64,000 bases of DNA, from the IMG/VR virus record IMGVR_UViG_3300008108_000118; one strand, given 5' to 3'. The position numbers were made by a program, and so were the translations under genes. Of this stretch, positions 28,480 through 36,456 are shown piece after piece (position 1 is the stretch's first letter; every line of letters begins with the position of its first letter). The stretch is from a virus. The notes under the pieces were generated by a model that made no database searches, was not told the origin of the DNA, and worked only from the letters and a program-made list of their open reading frames with translations.

Positions 28480-29538
28480 ATGAATAAAAATAAAGTACTT
28501 TTCATCTTAAAAAGAAAAAATAATTATGATGGAATAAAGGATTCACATGTCGGTATGAGTACCGGATTGTACAATTCGGCATCTTTTATGAACGATATGT
28601 TAAATGATTCAGGTATTGAGTCCCATATTTCAGTCGTGATTGATAATAATTGTATTGATAGGGAAGTTACAAAATACAAACCAACACATGTTATTATTGA
28701 GGCACTTTGGGTTGTACCGTCTAAATTTTATGTTCTATGTAAACTACACCCAAAGGTAAAATGGATAATTAGATTACATAGTGAAATACCATTTTTAGCA
28801 AATGAAGGTATGGCATTAGATTGGTTGGGTGATTATATATTTTATGAAAATGTTTATATTGGGACAAATGCACCCAGAGCAACGAGAGAATTGAGAGATT
28901 TCATAAAACATAAAGTGAATTGGTCAAGTAAACAGATAAATGAAAAGATAATTTATCTTCCAAATTTTTATCCTCAAGAATATAAAATAAAAAAATACGA
29001 TAGAAATAAAGATACCATCGATATAGGTTGTTTTGGTGCAATTAGACCAATGAAAAACCATTTAATGCAAGCAATTGCGGCAGTTAAATTTGCTGAAAGT
29101 ATAGGTAAAAAATTAAGATTTCATATAAATTCAGGTAGAGTTGAACAAAAAGGAGATGCAGTATATAATAATTTAAAAAGTTTTTTTGCACATTTATCCG
29201 ATTCAGAACATCAATTAATTAACCACTCTTGGGCACCGAGAGAAGATTTTTTGGAAATATGTGGTAAAATGGATATAGGTATGCAGGTTTCATTTTCAGA
29301 AACATTTAATATTGTTGCCGCGGATTTAGTTAGTCAGGGTGTCCCTGTAATTTCCTCGGATGAACTTCCTTGGATCAACCGTATTTTTACCGCAAAACCA
29401 ACAGAAACAAGAGATATATATTTAAAATTATTGTTAACACATTTATTACCAAAGGTAAATTTGATAACAAACCAATATTTATTAAGGGGTTATACCAATA
29501 AGACACGTAAAATTTGGGTAAATTATTTTAAAAAATGA
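28480..29538 (+). CDS. glycosyltransferase, GT-B fold (GT4-like), putative
   Basis: C-terminal SFSETFNIVAADLVSQGVPVISSD resembles the GT4 E-x7-E/nucleotide-sugar binding region. IGCFGAIRPMKN. Confidence 0.5.
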   Translation: MNKNKVLFILKRKNNYDGIKDSHVGMSTGLYNSASFMNDMLNDSGIESHISVVIDNNCIDREVTKYKPTHVIIEALWVVPSKFYVLCKLHPKVKWIIRLHSEIPFLANEGMALDWLGDYIFYENVYIGTNAPRATRELRDFIKHKVNWSSKQINEKIIYLPNFYPQEYKIKKYDRNKDTIDIGCFGAIRPMKNHLMQAIAAVKFAESIGKKLRFHINSGRVEQKGDAVYNNLKSFFAHLSDSEHQLINHSWAPREDFLEICGKMDIGMQVSFSETFNIVAADLVSQGVPVISSDELPWINRIFTAKPTETRDIYLKLLLTHLLPKVNLITNQYLLRGYTNKTRKIWVNYFKK

Positions 29539-29843
29539 CAAATAAAAAAGAAAAAAACAATAAAATGAAAAACTATTCAGGAAAAAAGAAAAAAGAAATT
29601 ATAGAACACAAAACAAAAGAAAAAAATAAAGATTATTCTGTTATTATTTTTGATTGGGTTGATGGTGTTTTAGTAAAAACAGAAACATTTTTTAAAACAA
29701 TAGAAGAAGCAAAAGAATTTGTTGAAACTAAAACAGGAGACATAAAAATATATAACATAGACAAACAAGTAATACATTCTGAAAAAAAAGAAAAGAAATA
29801 TGCTAAAATAAAAAATAAAGAAGATGACGATACTTACGCATAA
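29535..29843 (+). CDS. hypothetical Lys/Glu-rich protein
   Basis: ATGA overlap with the upstream gene. Low complexity. Confidence 0.4.
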   Translation: MTNKKEKNNKMKNYSGKKKKEIIEHKTKEKNKDYSVIIFDWVDGVLVKTETFFKTIEEAKEFVETKTGDIKIYNIDKQVIHSEKKEKKYAKIKNKEDDDTYA

Positions 29844-29958
29844 TTTTAATAATTAAATGTAACGTAAAAAAAAATCTCTTAAAATTTTAAGAGATTTTTT
29901 GTTTTAAGGAATATATTGTTTATCTTTGTTTTGTTCTTTGACATTTTTGGAAATAGTT

Positions 29959-30047
29959 GCCCCGGTGGTGGAACAGGTAGACACGCAGGACTTAAAATCC
30001 TGTGGACCGAAACGTCCGTGCGGGTTCGATTCCCGCCTGGGGCACCA
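29959..30047 (+). tRNA. tRNA-Leu (anticodon TAA), type II, CCA encoded
   Basis: GCCCCGG...acceptor, anticodon loop CTTAAAA, variable arm GGACCGAAACGTCC, T-arm GCGGGTTCGATTCCCGC, ends GGGGCACCA. Confidence 0.85.
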
Positions 30048-30084
30048 ATACTATCGTTCTTTGACATATAAGGAGAAACAAATT

Positions 30085-30450
30085 ATGGAAATACTTTTCT
30101 TTATTTTAGGAATTACTTCCGTGGTGGTTATTGCGACCGCAATAGTTGCTGTGGTAAGTATTGTTAAGGTAACAAAGTTACAAACAAAAGTTAAAGATGG
30201 TTTTGATGGTGTTTATCATTCAATTGATAATACACATACTTCCATCGATAACACAAAAAGAGATACTCACGATAACATCGGAAGATTAAATGAAGAAGTT
30301 AATCGTAGAGTTGATAACCTCGAAAGAGAAACCTTCTCACAGTTAGATTCTCGATTAGATAAGTTGGAAACGAAGTTAAAAACTTACGTTCACACTAATG
30401 CAACCATGATGAAACTTGCATTAGATACACATAAAGCAACATCAAAATAA
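30085..30450 (+). CDS. small membrane-anchored coiled-coil protein (121 aa)
   Basis: AGGAG SD 9 nt upstream. N-terminal TM helix (ILFFILGITSVVVIATAIVAVVSIV). Track ORF 29926.. overlaps tRNA-Leu and was trimmed. Confidence 0.55.
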   Translation: MEILFFILGITSVVVIATAIVAVVSIVKVTKLQTKVKDGFDGVYHSIDNTHTSIDNTKRDTHDNIGRLNEEVNRRVDNLERETFSQLDSRLDKLETKLKTYVHTNATMMKLALDTHKATSK

Positions 30451-30606
30451 AATAAAAGTCAAAAGAACGATAGTATTAAGGTTGAACGGGGAATGAAGAT
30501 TAAGACACCTGTTGGTGGTTGGTGATTATCTTCGGAGTTGGAACCAACATAGTAATGCCGTTCGTAAAAGAGGATGTCCACTCGACCATCTTCCTCTTTC
30601 CTTCTT

Positions 30607-30677
30607 GGTCTCATAGTTTAAGGGAAAAACGGTAGCCTTCTAAGCTTCTGATCCTAGTTCGAGTCTAGGTGAGACTA
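30607..30677 (+). tRNA. tRNA-Arg (anticodon TCT)
   Basis: GGTCTCA/TGAGACT acceptor (G1-U72), D-stem GTTT/AAAC, anticodon loop CTTCTAA, perfect T-arm CCTAG-TTCGAGT-CTAGG. Embedded in a GC-richer ORF-free region. Confidence 0.7.
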
Positions 30678-30898
30678 CAAAGTTCCTGTAGGCCGCGGGA
30701 TCGTAGTTCCTCTATTCCACTGACAAAAGTCAAGAAAAGAGCCAGATCGTAAGCTGGATGGGTTGACAACTTTCCCACTGACTCGGAAAAAAGTTGTAAA
30801 TTTTAAGCGGGTCCTCGCTTCCCACGGTTTAATAGTACAAGGATAATGAAGGGAATAATACGACCCCTAAGACCTGCTTTTATTAAAAAAAATAAAAT

Positions 30899-31330
30899 AT
30901 GAATTACAAATTAAAAGAAATGCCCGAAAAAGTATATTGGGCGGAAACAAAACAATTTACAGTTGAAAATGAAAATGGTGAAACATTTGATATTCGAATT
31001 GGTGAAAGTTCAAAATTTACTGAATATTGGATTTGGAAAGATCCGGGTGGATGGGAAGAAATTGATGATGATGATCTTATGGAGTATATAAATGAACAAT
31101 TTGCCGATGATGAATGGGAATTTGAACTTTCTGCACAAAAAGAAAGAGAAGAAAAAATGGATAAAATTATTGATGAATATATTAAAGAAAATGGTGATCA
31201 AATAAAAATAGATGAATTAGTGTCTAAAATAAGTAGAGAAAATCTATATCCACGAAATATCACATTTTACGAAGAGTTTTATCACAACTATCATTATGTC
31301 AATAAAAAAATAAAACAACTTAATAAATAA
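30899..31330 (+). CDS. hypothetical acidic protein, 143 aa
   Basis: ORF with AT-rich upstream region. No family recognised. Confidence 0.5.
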   Translation: MNYKLKEMPEKVYWAETKQFTVENENGETFDIRIGESSKFTEYWIWKDPGGWEEIDDDDLMEYINEQFADDEWEFELSAQKEREEKMDKIIDEYIKENGDQIKIDELVSKISRENLYPRNITFYEEFYHNYHYVNKKIKQLNK

Positions 31331-31332
31331 AA

Positions 31333-31536
31333 ATGGAAAATTATAGAAAAGTATTAATTTTTGTGATGTGTTTTTTGGTCACATTTATCGGTGGCATTAT
31401 TGTTACAGAATTATCCGCCTATCTTTTAACTTTACCAAATACAATTGCAAATATTTTTGGTTATATCATTTTAATCACTACCTTTGTATTGATCCTCTTA
31501 TTAGGACATAAATTAGTAAAATCTTTAAACAAATAA
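31333..31536 (+). CDS. small membrane protein (67 aa, 2 TM)
   Basis: Hydrophobic segments FVMCFLVTFIGGIIVT and IFGYIILITTFVLILLL. Confidence 0.45.
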   Translation: MENYRKVLIFVMCFLVTFIGGIIVTELSAYLLTLPNTIANIFGYIILITTFVLILLLGHKLVKSLNK

Positions 31537-31547
31537 AAAAAACAGTT

Positions 31548-32492
31548 ATGATTGGAATTATCACATTTACCTTATCGGTAGTAGTATTAGGAATTTTATT
31601 CGGAGTATTTAACTTCAAAAATTATTTGTCAGAACCTGACAAGTACAATAATACAAAAATAAAAGCGAGTGCAGTTATTAAAGCGGTTGTTGTGTTTATT
31701 GTATCTATTATCTTGGCAATCATCAATCCAATTTCAGTTGAACGAATTGATGTTGGACACGTAGGATTAAAAATCAACAACACCGGAGATGAAAAAGGTA
31801 TCAGTAAGACCACATATGTAACGGGTTGGGTGTTTTATAATAGTTGGTTATCTCGTATTAAGGAGTATCCCGTGACCCAACAACATGTAGATTACGAAGA
31901 AACCGCAATCATCACAAAAGGTGGGTTCCAAGCGGTAATTAAACCAAGTTTTAACTGGTCTGTGAATCCATCCAATGCCGCTGATATGTATCAAAATCTC
32001 AGACAAGATGTTGATCAGATTAAAGAAACTTGGTTGAAGAACGCTATTATAGGTGCCGTGAATGATGTTGCCAACTTATATAGTGTCGATTCAATTTTTA
32101 ATCATCGAGCCGAATTTGAATCTGACATTGTAAAAGAATGTAATTTAAGGGTTAGTAAATGGTTTAACGTATCTCAATTAAGAACAAATATTGTTCCTCC
32201 AAAAGAGATCACGGAAGCCATCAACCAAAAGACCAAGGCGGTTCAAGAAGCTCAAGCGGCTATCCAACAAAAGATCGTGGCCGAAGCTCAGGCTTTAACA
32301 CAGATCGCAAAGGCAAAAGGTGATAGTGCTCAAGCGGTGATTGCAGCATCCGGTAGGGCTGAAGCGGTGAGAAAAGAACAACAATACTTAACACCGATGT
32401 ATATTGAGTATATTAGAGCACAAAGATGGGATGGTAAGTATCCACAAACAATGCTCGGTTCTGGTGGAAATGTGTTGTTAAATTTGAAATAG
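31548..32492 (+). CDS. SPFH/band-7 (stomatin/prohibitin/HflKC-like) membrane protein
   Basis: N-terminal TM followed by IDVGHVGLKIN ... VTGWVFYNSW ... and a coiled-coil Ala/Gln-rich C-region. Typical SPFH architecture. Confidence 0.65.
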   Translation: MIGIITFTLSVVVLGILFGVFNFKNYLSEPDKYNNTKIKASAVIKAVVVFIVSIILAIINPISVERIDVGHVGLKINNTGDEKGISKTTYVTGWVFYNSWLSRIKEYPVTQQHVDYEETAIITKGGFQAVIKPSFNWSVNPSNAADMYQNLRQDVDQIKETWLKNAIIGAVNDVANLYSVDSIFNHRAEFESDIVKECNLRVSKWFNVSQLRTNIVPPKEITEAINQKTKAVQEAQAAIQQKIVAEAQALTQIAKAKGDSAQAVIAASGRAEAVRKEQQYLTPMYIEYIRAQRWDGKYPQTMLGSGGNVLLNLK

Positions 32493-32499
32493 AATATTA

Positions 32500-32704
32500 A
32501 GTCAGGTGGCGGAATAGAATGTAATGATGATTTGGACGATTAGTCGACACGTAATCACGTGACTATTTCTATCCTTATCAGATGTTGAATCATCGAATCT
32601 TACATTCTTTGGTAGACGATAATCACGGAAACCTAATGAGGTAGAGAACGCAAGTGAGAGGTATCTGCGGATACCGTACGGGTTCGAATCCTGTCCTGAC
32701 TACA
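32500..32704 (+). ncRNA. tRNA-like RNA with ~130-nt internal insertion (perfect 7-bp acceptor stem plus canonical T-arm)
   Basis: 5' AGTCAGG pairs with 3' CCTGACT (then A, CA). T-arm ACGGG-TTCGAAT-CCTGT. Internal 9-bp inverted repeat AGAATGTAA/TTACATTCT encloses the insertion. No ORF. Confidence 0.45.
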
Positions 32705-32716
32705 ATTTTGATATTT

Positions 32717-33277
32717 ATGGGAATGTTAAGAAAAATAAAATATTGGTTTGAATACGAAGGAAGATATCTTCACAAAGATTTTATTAAAGGTGTAAAAAAT
32801 CTGTGGAAATGGTTTCCAACTATTTGGAAAGATAGAGAACATGACTATCATTTTATTTTAGTTCTTCTTGAAAAGAAACTTAATTTTCAATCAAAATATA
32901 TTGGTTATAAAAATAGACATTCAGAAGCAACTAGAGATTCTGAACGTATGATGACATGTGTTCGTCTTATACAAAAAATAAAAGAAGATTACTATAATAC
33001 GGAATATGTGGATTATCAAAAAAGTGAATTTCATTTTGATCCCATTCCCGATAGACCTACCCACAAACAACTTCGTATTGAGGAAATTTCAGATAATTTT
33101 GATGATTATTTTAAAATATATCCTCGTATCTATAAAAAAGTTTTTAATGAACTTGATGTGGATCAAAGAAACTCAAAAAGAATTATTGCTATTCGTATGA
33201 GTTGGGAAAATCACAACAGAGCAAAAAAACTTTTATTTAAAATGATGGAAAATCATATCGAGTCTTGGTGGGATTGA
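32717..33277 (+). CDS. hypothetical protein, 186 aa (Trp/Tyr-rich)
   Basis: Track ORF 32654.. overlaps the tRNA-like element. Start moved to the in-frame ATG at 32717. Confidence 0.5.
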   Translation: MGMLRKIKYWFEYEGRYLHKDFIKGVKNLWKWFPTIWKDREHDYHFILVLLEKKLNFQSKYIGYKNRHSEATRDSERMMTCVRLIQKIKEDYYNTEYVDYQKSEFHFDPIPDRPTHKQLRIEEISDNFDDYFKIYPRIYKKVFNELDVDQRNSKRIIAIRMSWENHNRAKKLLFKMMENHIESWWD

Positions 33278-33314
33278 TTTTTTTTCTTATATTATATAAA
33301 ATAAAACATAAATT

Positions 33315-33500
33315 ATGAAATGTATCAAATCAATTAAGTCAACTAAAAACACCGAAATCGGGGTAATTAAAAGAATTGACGACAAAGAAGCAGAATCAAT
33401 GGTTAAATCAGGTTATTGGAAATATGTTCCTAAATCTGAATTTAAAATTAAAAAAGTAAAAGAAGATGAAACATTAAGGGAACAATATCCCGCCAATTAA
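33315..33500 (+). CDS. small hypothetical protein, 61 aa
   Basis: Short basic ORF. Weak. Confidence 0.3.
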   Translation: MKCIKSIKSTKNTEIGVIKRIDDKEAESMVKSGYWKYVPKSEFKIKKVKEDETLREQYPAN

Positions 33501-33697
33501 AAAAAATAATAAAAAAGTTTCGAAATAATTTTTTTATTATTTCAAATTTACATATATTTGCATATATTTATAAGACAATGACAAACTTGTTTAACATACT
33601 AACGATAGAGAATACACCAAATAATGGTGGTGGGTATGATGTGCCAGTATACAAACAAGTTCGGAGTTAAAAAAATTTATTAAAACAAAATAAACAT

Positions 33698-33730
33698 AAA
33701 CCCGAACACAAAAAGTTCGGGTTTTTTTTG
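33698..33730 (+). terminator. intrinsic terminator (ACCCGAAC-ACAAAAA-GTTCGGGT plus T8) 20 nt upstream of tRNA array 1
   Basis: 8-bp stem followed by a T-run. Confidence 0.6.
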
Positions 33731-33751
33731 TTAATAGATCTTTGAAATAAT

Positions 33752-33825
33752 CGGGATGTAGTTCAGTCCGGTAGAATGCTTGGTTTGGGACCAAGATGTC
33801 GTAGGTTCGAATCCTGCCATCCCGA
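33752..33825 (+). tRNA. tRNA-Pro (TGG)
   Basis: Acceptor CGGGATG/CATCCCG, anticodon loop TTTGGGA, T-arm GTAGGTTCGAATCCTGC. Confidence 0.8.
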
Positions 33826-33831
33826 CATAAT

Positions 33832-33903
33832 GTCTTCTTAGCTCAACGGTAGAGCAATTGGCTGTTAACCAATAGGTTTTAGGTTCGAATCCTAAAGAGG
33901 ACG
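33832..33903 (+). tRNA. tRNA-Asn (GTT)
   Basis: Acceptor GTCTTCT/AGAGGAC, anticodon loop CTGTTAA, T-loop TTCGAAT. Confidence 0.8.
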
Positions 33904-33908
33904 CAATC

Positions 33909-33990
33909 GCCCCGATGGTGGAATTGGTAGTCACGGCAGACTTAGGATCTGTTGCCTTATGGTGTGAGAGTTCGAGTCTCTCTTGGGGTA
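33909..33990 (+). tRNA. tRNA-Leu (TAG), type II
   Basis: Anticodon loop CTTAGGA, long variable arm, T-arm GAGAG-TTCGAGT-CTCTC. Confidence 0.75.
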
Positions 33991-33999
33991 CATTAAATT

Positions 34000-34072
34000 G
34001 GCCGATTAGTTCAGCAGGTTAGAATGCGTGACTTGTAATCATGAGACGACAGTTCGATTCTGTCATTGGCCT
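34000..34072 (+). tRNA. tRNA-Thr (TGT)
   Basis: Acceptor GGCCGAT/ATTGGCC, anticodon loop CTTGTAA, T-loop TTCGATT. Confidence 0.8.
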
Positions 34073-34077
34073 CATAA

Positions 34078-34151
34078 GCGGATTTCGCCTAGTTGGCATG
34101 GCACCACACTTCCACTGTGGAATAGGGTCGGTTCGAGACCGTCAATCCGCT
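34078..34151 (+). tRNA. tRNA-Gly (TCC)
   Basis: Acceptor GCGGATT/AATCCGC, anticodon stem CCACA/TGTGG with loop CTTCCAC. Confidence 0.8.
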
Positions 34152-34197
34152 CAGAATTTTTTTTATTCAAATATATTTTGTATGTTTGAATTTGTAA

Positions 34198-34280
34198 GGT
34201 GTAGTTGAGCAATTGGTTGGCTCGCCGGACTGTAAATCCGGTCCCTTCGGGGCTTGTAGGTTCGAGTCCTACCTACACCA
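34198..34280 (+). tRNA. tRNA-Tyr (GTA), type II
   Basis: Acceptor GGTGTAG/CTACACC, anticodon loop CTGTAAA, variable arm TCCCTTCGGGGCT. Confidence 0.8.
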
Positions 34281-34286
34281 CAAATT

Positions 34287-34358
34287 GCCGCTGTCGTCTA
34301 ACGGTTAGGACGCGTCCCTTTCACGGACAAAATGCGAGTTCGATTCTCGTCGGTGGTA
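34287..34358 (+). tRNA. tRNA-Glu (TTC)
   Basis: D-region TCGTCTAACGGTTAGGACG is typical of tRNA-Glu. Anticodon loop CTTTCAC. G-U-rich acceptor stem. Confidence 0.7.
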
Positions 34359-34363
34359 CGATT

Positions 34364-34435
34364 GGTCTCATAGTTAATCGGCTATAATATTGCCCTGTCA
34401 CGGCAAAGTGCCGGGTTCGATTCCCGGTGGGACCG
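34364..34435 (+). tRNA. tRNA-Asp (GTC)
   Basis: Acceptor GGTCTCA/TGGGACC, anticodon stem TTGCC/GGCAA with loop CTGTCAC. Confidence 0.8.
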
Positions 34436-34591
34436 CAAACTTCAGGAGTAATTAACCTGAAGATGGAAGGTTCGAAACTTTCGATTGGCTATGGTGTAAT
34501 GGGCACACTGGTCCCGTGATTGGCTCGGTTATCGTCGAGTTTCAGTCGGGACCGGGGGATTCAGGTTCAATTCCTGATTGGTCAGCAAAAT
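34436..34591 (+). other. tRNA-like remnants/unresolved structured RNA (T-arm-like GAAGG-TTCGAAA-CTTTC; hairpin CTTCAGG-N9-CCTGAAG; second T-arm TCAGG-TTCAATT-CCTGA; GGTCCCG/CGGGACC inverted repeat)
   Basis: Contains two canonical-looking T-arms, but no acceptor stem can be paired for either. Could be tRNA pseudogenes or a noncanonical/intron-bearing tRNA. Confidence 0.3.
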
Positions 34592-34665
34592 GGACCCTTA
34601 GCTCAGTAGGTTAGAGCAAATGACTCATAATCATTAGGTGCACGGTTCGAGCCCGTGAGGGTCCA
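34592..34665 (+). tRNA. tRNA-Met (CAT) (elongator Met or lysidine-Ile type)
   Basis: Acceptor GGACCCT/AGGGTCC, anticodon loop CTCATAA, T-arm CACGGTTCGAGCCCGTG. Confidence 0.8.
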
Positions 34666-34670
34666 CATTT

Positions 34671-34742
34671 AGTCCTTTAGCTTAGTGGGAAAGCGGTTGT
34701 CTTACATGCAACATAGAGTGTGTTCGATTCACACAGGGACTA
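34671..34742 (+). tRNA. tRNA-Val (TAC)
   Basis: Acceptor AGTCCTT/AGGGACT, anticodon stem GTTGT/GCAAC with loop CTTACAT. Confidence 0.75.
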
Positions 34743-34850
34743 CCCCCGATATGTATGTGTAAGCAAGAAGCATATCATCAGTTGGGATCTTACAGTCCAC
34801 GAACTGGGGTCCGGTGGGAACCGGGATGAGAGTACCCGAACCTCTCAAAC
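34743..34850 (+). other. unresolved ~108-nt spacer with hairpins (GATATG...CATATC; CCGGTGGGAACCGG), possible degenerate tRNA
   Basis: No canonical cloverleaf could be built on either strand. Confidence 0.25.
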
Positions 34851-34922
34851 GCAGATATAGCACAATGGTTAGTGTTCGGCCTTGCCAAGGCTGAGATGCC
34901 AGTTCGAATCTGACTATCTGCT
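34851..34922 (+). tRNA. tRNA-Gly (GCC)
   Basis: Acceptor GCAGATA/TATCTGC, anticodon region CCTTGCCAAGG, T-arm GCCAGTTCGAATCTGAC. Confidence 0.8.
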
Positions 34923-34923
34923 C

Positions 34924-35078
34924 AAATTGTACTGTGGTGAAATTGGCAGACACCCCCACTCGTCTCGTGGGCGTCGACAACGAAATAGGTAAATGGATAA
35001 GGGTTGACCACAAGCTAGCTAGCATATTTGTCCTTTACCGAATCGCGACATAGACGGTTCGAATCCTCTCGGTACAGC
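34924..35078 (+). other. ~150-nt tRNA-like element (acceptor-like TGTACTG/CGGTACA pairing, anticodon-like CCCAC-TCGTCTC-GTGGG, TTCGAAT T-loop with poorly paired stem); possible intron-containing or pseudo tRNA
   Basis: The termini pair like an acceptor stem, but the body is too long and the T-stem is mismatched. Confidence 0.3.
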
Positions 35079-35106
35079 ATATATTTTTGACAAATAAAAA
35101 TAGTTT

Positions 35107-35346
35107 ATGACGATCTTAATCGGCATCAATGAATTAGAAGAAGAATTTCAAATACCGTGGAAGATGGGATTAGTTAATCATTTGGTCATTGATTACGCAG
35201 ACAACGCAATCTATGGTACATTTGAGAAAAAAGAAGTAATTATTTTTAGGTTCAAAAAATATGGTTGGGTTTGTGATAATAGATACAATTTATACACACT
35301 ATCAAGTGGTGAGGCAGGTATCATGATTAACATGAATTCAACATAA
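35107..35346 (+). CDS. hypothetical protein, 79 aa
   Basis: Short ORF between the tRNA arrays. Confidence 0.4.
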   Translation: MTILIGINELEEEFQIPWKMGLVNHLVIDYADNAIYGTFEKKEVIIFRFKKYGWVCDNRYNLYTLSSGEAGIMINMNST

Positions 35347-35370
35347 AATATTTATTAATAACAACATGTT

Positions 35371-35832
35371 ATGAGAAAATTTAAAACATTATTCGGAATT
35401 GAGATTGATAATCTTGCTGAATATATTAAAGAATATATTTCAACAAGAGAAAATGTGGAGATATTAGTTGGCGCCGATTCTCAAAATTATAGTAATAGAA
35501 AAACTATATATGGAGTTGTTATTGCCTTATACACAAAAGGTAAAGGTGCACATGTTTTGTGTTCAAGAGATACTGTTCCAATTGAGAGAAACACATCAAC
35601 CAGATTACTTACTGAAGTTTGGAAATCAATTGAGACCGCAGAATTTTTAAAAGAAAATGGTTTACCAAAACCATTATGGATTGATATTGACTTAAATCCT
35701 GATCCGAAATTTAAATCAAATACCGTATTAAGACAAGCGGTTGGTCTTGTTGAAGGTATGGGTTATCAAGTTAGATATAAACAATTAGGTGCTATGGTAA
35801 CATACGCCGCAAATCACTTAGTTAGAAATTAA
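35371..35832 (+). CDS. RNase H-fold DUF458/YkuK-like protein, putative
   Basis: ILVGADSQ ... IYGVVIALYTKGKGAHVL resembles the IGTDSQ..GG.A.FVT.IV....GKGA core of the YkuK family. Recalled from memory only. Confidence 0.4.
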   Translation: MRKFKTLFGIEIDNLAEYIKEYISTRENVEILVGADSQNYSNRKTIYGVVIALYTKGKGAHVLCSRDTVPIERNTSTRLLTEVWKSIETAEFLKENGLPKPLWIDIDLNPDPKFKSNTVLRQAVGLVEGMGYQVRYKQLGAMVTYAANHLVRN

Positions 35833-35844
35833 ATTATACTTTTC

Positions 35845-35875
35845 TTTGTTTTTACAATATTTATTATTATCTTTG
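35845..35875 (+). promoter_or_regulatory. sigmaA-type promoter TTTG-N19-TATCTTTG
   Basis: -33 at 35845-48 and -7 at 35868-75. Drives a ~170-nt unit that ends at the terminator at 36027-36062. Confidence 0.5.
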
Positions 35876-35904
35876 TAAAACAAAAGATTAAAAAAATAAA
35901 TTCG

Positions 35905-36006
35905 ATGAAACAGTTCAAACATATTATGTCGTTTATTAGTTGTTCAAAATGGGCAAGTCAGCGTCATATCCGTATGTCCCGATCTGTTTGTATGAATTTG
36001 TGTTAA
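35905..36006 (+). CDS. possible small Cys-rich peptide (33 aa, MKQFKHIMSFISCSKWASQRHIRMSRSVCMNLC) or sRNA
   Basis: Only ORF within the promoter-to-terminator unit 35876-36062. Confidence 0.2.
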   Translation: MKQFKHIMSFISCSKWASQRHIRMSRSVCMNLC

Positions 36007-36026
36007 AATATTTTAATAAGTAATTC

Positions 36027-36062
36027 AAAAAAACCTCGGGACAAAATCTCGAGGTTTTTTGT
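36027..36062 (+). terminator. intrinsic terminator (ACCTCG-N11-CGAGGT plus T6)
   Basis: A-tract, hairpin, T-tract. Confidence 0.65.
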
Positions 36063-36067
36063 TTTAT

Positions 36068-36140
36068 GGGCTGTCATGTTCCAAGGCTGGCGAAGGACCC
36101 TTGCAAGGTCTTTGGGAGATTTCGATTATCTCACGGTCCA
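36068..36140 (+). tRNA. putative tRNA-Ala (TGC), weak D-arm
   Basis: Acceptor GGGCTGT/ACGGTCC (two G-U pairs), anticodon stem GGACC/GGTCT with loop CTTGCAA, perfect T-arm GAGAT-TTCGATT-ATCTC. D-stem pairs poorly. Confidence 0.4.
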
Positions 36141-36146
36141 CATAAT

Positions 36147-36220
36147 GTTCGGGTAGATCAATTGGTGAGATCATTCGCCTGATACGCGAAAGGTTGTAGG
36201 TTCGAGTCCTACTCCGAACA
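36147..36220 (+). tRNA. tRNA-Ile (GAT)
   Basis: Anticodon stem TTCGC/GCGAA with loop CTGATAC. T-arm GTAGGTTCGAGTCCTAC. Confidence 0.8.
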
Positions 36221-36225
36221 CGAAT

Positions 36226-36298
36226 GGTACACAAGCTAACTTAGTAGAAGCATTGGACTGAAAATCCAAGGGACTTGGAGCGTAACCAAGGTGTACCA
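36226..36298 (+). tRNA. tRNA-Phe (GAA)-like with noncanonical T-loop (AGCGTAA)
   Basis: Perfect acceptor GGTACAC/GTGTACC. Anticodon stem TTGGA/TCCAA with loop CTGAAAA. T-stem CTTGG/CCAAG, but the loop lacks the TTCRANY signature. Confidence 0.5.
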
Positions 36299-36307
36299 CA
36301 AACATAT

Positions 36308-36381
36308 TCCCTCGTAACTCAATTGGCTAGAGTACCACACTTTTAATGTGGGAGTTTCGAGTTCGAATCTCGACGGGGGAA
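36308..36381 (+). tRNA. tRNA-Lys (TTT)
   Basis: U1-A72 start. D-stem ACTC/GAGT. Anticodon stem CCACA/TGTGG with loop CTTTTAA. T-arm TCGAG-TTCGAAT-CTCGA. Confidence 0.75.
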
Positions 36382-36385
36382 CAAT

Positions 36386-36456
36386 GGTCGGATGGCCGAG
36401 TGGATTAGGTGGAGGTCTGCAAAACCTCTTACGTCAGTTCGATTCTGACTCCGACC
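36386..36456 (+). tRNA. tRNA-Cys (GCA)
   Basis: Acceptor GGTCGGA/TCCGACC. Anticodon stem GAGGT/ACCTC with loop CTGCAAA. T-arm GTCAG-TTCGATT-CTGAC. Confidence 0.8.

Noticed and set aside
29959-30047. Group I intron in the tRNA-Leu(TAA) anticodon loop (a classic insertion site)
   Set aside because: The tRNA folds intact with a 7-nt anticodon loop CTTAAAA. There is no insertion.
29926-30084. N-terminal 53 codons of track ORF 29926..30450
   Set aside because: This stretch overlaps tRNA-Leu(TAA) exactly. A strong AGGAG SD precedes the internal ATG at 30085, so the CDS was trimmed.
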